From the NCBI RefSeq assembly GCF_000953395.1, contig NZ_LN649236.1:240001-272000 (forward strand): DNA of 32,000 nt, in the 5' to 3' direction. Shown piece by piece: positions 30,442 through 32,000 of this stretch. Under the pieces are notes generated by a model. It was not told the origin of the DNA. It was given only the letters and a program-made list of their open reading frames with translations, and ran no database searches. The stretch is from Candidatus Portiera aleyrodidarum (GTDB lineage: Bacteria; Pseudomonadota; Gammaproteobacteria; Johnevansiales; Johnevansiaceae). How positions within the stretch are numbered: position 1 is the first letter of the stretch; each line of letters begins with the position of its first letter. A program made the position numbers and the translations under genes.

Positions 30442-31699
30442 ATTCGTTTTTACAAAGTGATTTTAAAGAATCAGATTCTCTGATTAAAAAAAGTTGATTT
30501 TTATCAACAAGTAATTCAGAAGGTCTTTTTCTAGTATTATAATTAGAAGACATAACAAATCCATAAGCTCCAACTGAATGTATTACTAATAAATCATTTT
30601 GTGATAATTTATTTAAATATCTTTTTTTTCCTAAAAAATCACTAGATTCACATATTGGACCTACAATATCATAAAATAATTTTTTATAATATTTTACTTT
30701 ATTAATATCTACAACCTCAATGTTATGCCAAGCATTATAAAAAGCAGGACGAATAAAATCATTCATACCTGCATCAACAATAGCAAAATTTTTTATTTTT
30801 GTTTTTTTTATAATTTCAACACTAGTTAATAATACACCAGTATTAGCTAATATTGATCTACCTGGTTCTAATATTATTTCAATATTATGAATATTAGCTA
30901 ATATTCTTTCACATAAAGTTGTAAAATATTTTTTTATTAAAAATTTATAGAAATTGATTTTTTTATAATTTACTCCTAAACCTCCACCTATATCTAAGAT
31001 ATTAAGTTTAATTTTTTTTTTATATAATTTTTTTATTAATAAAATTATATTATCTAAAGCTTCTAGAAAGGGATTTAGGTTTAATATTTGTGAACCAATA
31101 TGAAAATCTATACCTATAACTTTTATATTTGTTAATGAATTAGCATAAAAATATGCTTCTTCAGCTTTATCTATAGAAATACCAAATTTATTGCTTTTTA
31201 ATCCAGTAGAAATATATGGATGTGTTTTAGCATCAACATTAGGATTAATACGTATTGATATATTGGCTTTATTTTTTAATCTTATAGCAATTTCATTTAT
31301 TCTATCCATCTCTTGAAAAGATTCAACATTAAAACATTTTATTCCTACTTTTAAAGCTCTTTTTATTTCTTGTTTTTTTTTAGCTACTCCAGAATAAACT
31401 ATTTTTTTAGGATCACCTCCAGCAATTAATACTTTTTCTAATTCACCAATAGAAACAATATCAAATCCCGATCCAAGTTGTGATAAAATATTAAGAATAG
31501 CAATATTAGAATTAGCTTTAAGTGCATAACAAATAATATTTGGATGATTAATCAAAGACAATTGATATTTATAATAATTAAAATATTTTATTATTTCTTT
31601 TTTAGAATAAACATAACAAGGTGTACCAAATTTTTTTGCTATTTTCAAACAACTAATATTTTCTATAAAAAGAATACCTTTATATCTTTGAAATGTCAT
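30425..31699 (-). CDS. lysA: Diaminopimelate decarboxylase
   Basis: 424 aa. GTPCYVYS, PLP lysine in YALKANSN, DIGGGLGV, EPGRSI, GPICESSDFL. The 3' end overlaps the dapF start by 17 nt. Confidence 0.95.
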   Translation of the reverse strand: MTFQRYKGILFIENISCLKIAKKFGTPCYVYSKKEIIKYFNYYKYQLSLINHPNIICYALKANSNIAILNILSQLGSGFDIVSIGELEKVLIAGGDPKKIVYSGVAKKKQEIKRALKVGIKCFNVESFQEMDRINEIAIRLKNKANISIRINPNVDAKTHPYISTGLKSNKFGISIDKAEEAYFYANSLTNIKVIGIDFHIGSQILNLNPFLEALDNIILLIKKLYKKKIKLNILDIGGGLGVNYKKINFYKFLIKKYFTTLCERILANIHNIEIILEPGRSILANTGVLLTSVEIIKKTKIKNFAIVDAGMNDFIRPAFYNAWHNIEVVDINKVKYYKKLFYDIVGPICESSDFLGKKRYLNKLSQNDLLVIHSVGAYGFVMSSNYNTRKRPSELLVDKNQLFLIRESDSLKSLCKNEYVNLF

Positions 31700-31703
31700 T
31701 TTA

Positions 31704-32000
31704 TTATCCTAATAAAATTTTAAGATATTTTTTAGCACGTAATGCCGCCGATCTTACTTGATTAGGAGCTGTACCACCAATATGATTACGTGTATTAATA
31801 GAACCTTCTAAAGTTAATACTTCTAAAATTTCTTCATCAATTTTATTAGAAAATTCACGTAATTTTTCAATATATATTTCATTAAAATTTTTTTGGTTTG
31901 TTATTCCATAATAAACTACTTTACCAACTATAGAATGAGCATCACGAAAAGGAACACCACGTTTTACTAAATAATCAGCAAAATCGGTTGCTGTAGAATA
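31704..32000 (-). CDS. argH: Argininosuccinate lyase, C-terminal fragment (gene continues off the right edge)
   Basis: Hand translation of the reverse strand gives YSTATDFADYLVKRGVPFRDAHSIVGKVVYYG...TRNHIGGTAPNQVRSAALRAKKYLKILLG, ending at TAA 31706-31704. E. coli ArgH has [26 protein letters not shown] ... GGVSPQQVAQAI. 297 nt is 99 codons, in frame with the window edge. Confidence 0.9.
   Translation of the reverse strand, partial: YSTATDFADYLVKRGVPFRDAHSIVGKVVYYGITNQKNFNEIYIEKLREFSNKIDEEILEVLTLEGSINTRNHIGGTAPNQVRSAALRAKKYLKILLG

Overview
This window looks like core housekeeping DNA from a drastically reduced, extremely AT-rich gammaproteobacterial endosymbiont genome. GC is roughly 15-20% by eye, not computed. 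The style is Carsonella-like, but the organism call is inference only. I place 32 protein genes and 1 tRNA. By my coordinates only 374 of 32000 bp (about 1.2%) lie outside a gene, and 16 of 32 gene junctions overlap. The left arm is all minus strand: atpA(partial) <- atpH <- atpF <- atpE <- atpB <- mnmG <- mnmE <- yidC <- rnpA <- rpmH. After a strand switch come dnaN -> gyrB -> tRNA(CAU), then the minus-strand glyQ-glyS pair. A 16.7-kb plus-strand run follows: ilvA -> fpr -> nuoA-N, a complete complex I with fused nuoCD. The window ends with convergent dapF <- lysA <- argH(partial). The code is standard: TGA serves as a stop and TGG encodes Trp. I found no CRISPR array, mobile element, defence or toxin-like gene, orphan ORF or unexplained non-coding block. 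I therefore do not think this window holds a new multi-gene system. The points worth a second look are consequences of extreme genome erosion: (1) dnaA and recF are cleanly missing from the rpmH/dnaN/gyrB locus, and the oriC slot upstream of mnmG is reduced to 4 bp. (2) YidC is a 209-aa core lacking TM1 and the periplasmic P1 domain. (3) The glyS reading frame runs 41 nt antisense into a tRNA gene and stops on the complement of its anticodon loop. (4) The tRNA(CAU) looks like the lysidine-dependent tRNA-Ile2 and abuts the gyrB stop codon. (5) fpr has no possible ATG start, carries a C-terminal tail and overlaps nuoA. (6) Stop/start overlaps are pervasive, long in-frame poly(A) tracts occur, and no recognisable terminators are present.
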